DNA from: Hyalangium minutum
Lineage (GTDB): Bacteria > Myxococcota > Myxococcia > Myxococcales > Myxococcaceae
Assembly (NCBI RefSeq): GCF_000737315.1
Contig: NZ_JMCB01000001.1
Coordinates: forward strand, 186,001-250,000
Reading direction: 5' to 3'
Length of the DNA: 64,000 bases
Under the pieces are notes generated by a model that worked only from the letters and a program-made list of their open reading frames with translations, had not been told where the DNA came from and ran no database searches. A program made the translations under genes and the position numbers. Below are positions 60,574 through 64,000 of this stretch, one piece after another (the first letter of the stretch is position 1; each line of letters starts with the position of its first letter).

Positions 60574-60690
60574 TACCTTAGAAGAGTGCGGAGTGCTGGC
60601 CCACGGCTTCGCGCGGGTGCGGTGTGGAAGTTGTAAGGACGAACTTCTGTCGCCTTCTCATGCAAGGGGCGAAGAGTGTGCCTTCCTTGA
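60574..60690 (+). mobile_element. IS91-family transposase zinc-binding-domain remnant (frameshifted)
   Basis: ECGVLAHGFARVRCGSCKDELL / (-1 shift) VAFSCKGRRVC then stop; matches the IS91-type 'CGxLxxGFARVxCxxC..VAFSCKxRxxC' motif. Confidence 0.85.
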
Positions 60691-60743
60691 GGAAGCCCGC
60701 AAGGCCCACGCCCGCGACGAGCAGTCACAGGGTCACCAGCCCC

Positions 60744-63700
60744 TCACGGAGACCTGAGTCGGCGCCGGCGAAGCGCCAGGGCCAGTGTCAACAAAGCCCA
60801 GGTGACAGGGGACGCGGAGGCGCTGGAGCAACCCCAGCCGTAATGGCTCTGCTGGACCGCGAAGACATGATCGACGCGCTGGCTCTCATTGCCAGCCTTA
60901 TCTCTGGCGATGGTGGAGACGACATGTTTCCCGACTGCCAGATCACTCGATGGGGTGAACATCCAGACCTCCGACTCATCGACGTCAACCTCGTCCACCT
61001 TCGTCCCATTCAGCCACACCTCCACCGTGCTCTCTCGCTCGGCGGTTCCACGAATGGTAGGCCTTCTGCTGGTGGCGAATTCCCCAGGCGCAGTCACTTG
61101 GGGCTCCGCTGGCGCCAGAGAATCAATGGTGAAGTCGAACGGCTTCGAAAGAGAGCTGATATTCTTCGCCAGATCCGCAGCGGTGGCAGTGATCTGGTGG
61201 GAGCCCTCATTCAGGGCGGGGGACGGGAAGGACCAACCGCCCGACGCACTCGCAACGGCTATCCCAGCTACCTCCCCATCCACCAGCACTGTCACCGTGC
61301 TCTCGGCCTCCGCTCTCCCCGTAAAGTTTAGACTCAAGTCTTTGATGGAACCCGCGGTTGCAGTGATCTCTGGGGCTGCTGGCGCCAGCGTGTCGACCCC
61401 AAAGCTAATGGGAGCGGAGACAGGGCTGACGTTGCCCGCTGCATCCATGGAGGTGGCCGTGACCTGGTGGGGCCCGTCGAGCAGCGCCGTGGTCGGGAAG
61501 TCCCAGCCGCCTGACGCTCTCACGATGGCTGTCCCGACCACGACCCCATCTAGAGACACCGTCACCGTGCTTTCGGCCTCTGCCGTTCCGGAAATGATGG
61601 GTCCCTGAGTATTGATGAATTCCCCGAGCGTGCTCAACACAGGTGCCGCTGGCTTCGACACGTCCACCTTGAAGCTGCGGGTCGGGGAGGCAGAACCCAT
61701 ATTGCCCGCCTCATCTGCGGCGGTAGCTGTGACTTGATGGGAGCCCTCTACCAGTTCCGTGGTTGGTATGGCGGCCCAGTCTCCCGCACTGTTCGCCATA
61801 GTCTTTCCCACAATGATCCCATCCAGCGAAACCGTGACGATGCTACTTGGCTCAGCCGTCCCGACGATGATTGGCTTCCGGGCATTGACGAGGTCCCCAG
61901 GTACAGTCACCGCTGGCGCACCTGGCTCCACGGTGTCAACCACGAAGGTACGGGCTTCGGACACAGGGCTGACATTGCCTGCCGCATCCATGGCGGTGGC
62001 ATGGACCTGCTGGACGCCATCGGTCAGCCCTGTGGCAGGGGTGAAACTCCAAGCTCCTCTGACATTGGCTGTGGCTGTGCCTGCCTCCGTGCCATCCAGG
62101 AATACCGTCACCGTGCTGTCGGCCTCCGCCGTCCCTCCAAGAATGGGCGTCGGCGTGTTGACGAATGCCGGAGGCGCGCTCATCAAGGGAGCACCTGGCG
62201 GCCTGGTGTCCACCGTGAACCTGTTGGTGTTGGAGCCGAAGCTGGTGTTGCCCGCCGCATCCCGTGCCGTGGCGCTCACCGGGTGTGCGCCATCAGCCAA
62301 CGGCGTGGTCGGCGTGAAGTTCCAGTTGCCGCTGGCATTGGCCGTGGTGGTGCCCACCGGCGTGCCGTCCACGATGACCGTCACCGTGCTGCCTGGCTCG
62401 GCGGTGCCCGTGTAGTCCGGGGTGTTGTCGTTGGTGCGCGAGCCATTGGCCGGTGTCACCACCACCGGAGCCGCCGGAGGCGTGGCGTCCACGATGAACG
62501 TGTTGGTGTTGGAGCCGGGGCTGGTGTTGCCCGCCGCATCCCGTGCCGTGGCGCTCACCGGGTGTGCGCCATCGGCCAGCGATATGGTCGGCGTGAAGTT
62601 CCAGTTGCCGCTGGCATTGGCCGTGGTGGTGCCCACCAGCGTGCCGTCCACGATGACCGTCACCGTGCTGCCCGGCTCGGCAGCGGTGCCCGTGTAGTCC
62701 GGGGTGTTGTCGTTGGTGAGCGAGCCGTTGGCCGGCGTCACCACCACCGGAGCCGCCGGAGGCGTGGTGTCCACGATGAACATGTTGGTGTTGCTCGACA
62801 CGCTCTGCACACCCTCGGTCGTGTTGACAGCCACGGCGCTCACCGTGTGCGAGTCGGGCGCCAGGGGCGTCGTGGGGGTGAAGCTCCAGTTGCCAGCGGC
62901 ATCCGGCGTCGCCGAGCCCACTGTCACCCCGTCCACGATGACGGACACCGTGGTCCCCGTGGGGAACGGCTGGGCGAGCGTGCCCATGTAGGTGAGCGTC
63001 GTGTTGTTGGTCGAGGAGCCGTTGGCCGGCGTGACTACCACCGGCGCGGGCAGCACGGGGAAGCCACCGGTCAGCGTGGCCGTGGCGCCTGCGGTTCCGG
63101 GCTGCGCGCCGTAAAAGGCGCCCAGCGGAGACGAGGAGTTCGCCTGCACGCCGGCGTTCCCGGTGTTGACGGCAAAGGTCGGCAGGGCGCAGGTGCCACT
63201 CCCCTTCTGGAAGATGATACGGCCACCGCCGCCCGCGCCACCCGGACCGACGTCGAAGCCCGAGTTGGAGCTGCCGCCGTTGCCTCCAATGGCCGTGATG
63301 TTTCCGCATGTCGCAGCTGCGGCGACGCGCAGGTAGATGGTGCCGCCGCCGCCACCGCCGCTCGAACCATCCTGACCGCTGGCGTTGCCGCCCGGATCGC
63401 CGTTGGCCGACATCGACCCGGCACCCGAGATCGCTCCGACGCGGGCGAAGATGATGCCACCGCCCCGGCCACCGGCTGCGGTGCCACCCGAGGAGTGACC
63501 CGCACCGCCGCCCCCGCCCATGAGCAGGTGGTTGAACTTGCTGGAGGACGTATAGGTCAGCCCCAAGCCTCCAGTTCCTCCCACGGCCCGGCTGCCATCA
63601 TTGCTGTTACCGCCCAGGCCGCCGCCACCGACGTGAGCGCCACCACCGCCGCCCGAGCTGTCACACACGCCACCGCCACCACCGGTGGTCACATGCCCGC

Positions 63701-64000
63701 GCCCCGTAACCGAGGAGCCGTACCGGGTGAAGGCGATGCCCTCACCCTTCTGCGCTCCCTTCGGAGGAGCCTCATCCAGCCCCGTGCAGCCCACGTCGCC
63801 GCTGGCGTCCTCCACCGGCTGCCCACTGCGGAAGCCACGGCCCGCGGCGTTGAGAGCGGGAATGCCCCCGCTGGTCATCAAGGTCCCCGAGACCAGGAAG
63901 GCCAGCACGCCGCCGGTGCTACCATCCCACATAGAGGGGGCAAGGCTGCGGGCAGCCGGGATGGTGAGGTTGAGGTACTCGGGCACCCGGACGACCTGGG
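60744..64000 (-). CDS. Large surface protein (AgmC-like) with Gly-rich region, bacterial Ig-like repeats and MYXO-CTERM sorting signal; starts beyond the window
   Basis: Repeated 'P..P.V..P..TP.I.GTAE..STVTV.LDG..G...A...G.W..TP..L..G.H.V.ATA.D.AGN.S' units; GWGC + TM + RRRR C-terminus. Confidence 0.85.
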   Translation of the reverse strand, partial: QVVRVPEYLNLTIPAARSLAPSMWDGSTGGVLAFLVSGTLMTSGGIPALNAAGRGFRSGQPVEDASGDVGCTGLDEAPPKGAQKGEGIAFTRYGSSVTGRGHVTTGGGGGVCDSSGGGGGAHVGGGGLGGNSNDGSRAVGGTGGLGLTYTSSSKFNHLLMGGGGGAGHSSGGTAAGGRGGGIIFARVGAISGAGSMSANGDPGGNASGQDGSSGGGGGGTIYLRVAAAATCGNITAIGGNGGSSNSGFDVGPGGAGGGGRIIFQKGSGTCALPTFAVNTGNAGVQANSSSPLGAFYGAQPGTAGATATLTGGFPVLPAPVVVTPANGSSTNNTTLTYMGTLAQPFPTGTTVSVIVDGVTVGSATPDAAGNWSFTPTTPLAPDSHTVSAVAVNTTEGVQSVSSNTNMFIVDTTPPAAPVVVTPANGSLTNDNTPDYTGTAAEPGSTVTVIVDGTLVGTTTANASGNWNFTPTISLADGAHPVSATARDAAGNTSPGSNTNTFIVDATPPAAPVVVTPANGSRTNDNTPDYTGTAEPGSTVTVIVDGTPVGTTTANASGNWNFTPTTPLADGAHPVSATARDAAGNTSFGSNTNRFTVDTRPPGAPLMSAPPAFVNTPTPILGGTAEADSTVTVFLDGTEAGTATANVRGAWSFTPATGLTDGVQQVHATAMDAAGNVSPVSEARTFVVDTVEPGAPAVTVPGDLVNARKPIIVGTAEPSSIVTVSLDGIIVGKTMANSAGDWAAIPTTELVEGSHQVTATAADEAGNMGSASPTRSFKVDVSKPAAPVLSTLGEFINTQGPIISGTAEAESTVTVSLDGVVVGTAIVRASGGWDFPTTALLDGPHQVTATSMDAAGNVSPVSAPISFGVDTLAPAAPEITATAGSIKDLSLNFTGRAEAESTVTVLVDGEVAGIAVASASGGWSFPSPALNEGSHQITATAADLAKNISSLSKPFDFTIDSLAPAEPQVTAPGEFATSRRPTIRGTAERESTVEVWLNGTKVDEVDVDESEVWMFTPSSDLAVGKHVVSTIARDKAGNESQRVDHVFAVQQSHYGWGCSSASASPVTWALLTLALALRRRRLRSP
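62205..62790 (-). repeat. Two near-identical ~280-bp Ig-like repeat units
   Basis: gtgtagtccgggg recurs at 62410 and 62692 (282-nt period); protein units differ at few residues. Confidence 0.85.

Overview
GC-rich myxobacterial chromosome segment (Myxococcales; inferred from MYXO-CTERM, TIGR02265/TIGR02266-type and SitAI-like genes). It is mostly single-copy housekeeping and envelope genes: stand-alone EF-G, DEAD-box helicase, two ABC-F ATPases, Ser/Thr kinase, OPT and DAACS transporters, SlyD, M14 and M18 peptidases, ECF sigma/anti-sigma, double-length UvrA, a TonB receptor, a TolC-MacAB-type efflux operon, a SET-domain protein and an amidohydrolase. Three AT-richer accessory patches interrupt it. 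(i) 5.7-7.9 kb: lipoprotein toxin/immunity array with an orphan toxin stub. (ii) 48.3-50.5 kb: PD-(D/E)xK lipoprotein toxin plus DUF3396-type immunity gene, next to a group II intron D5-D6 stub and a tmRNA-3'-like repeat. (iii) 60.5-64 kb: a second, inverted copy of that repeat, an IS91-like transposase remnant and a mosaic Ig-repeat surface protein. The strongest leads are a possible IS91-like element with tmRNA-mimic ends that moves toxin cassettes, an intact YcaO-TfuA pair with catalytic motifs altered in both genes, a promoter motif shared by the ECF operon and the efflux operon, and a SET protein with an H3-like tail. No database searches were run. Family names come from motif recognition and memory of the families.
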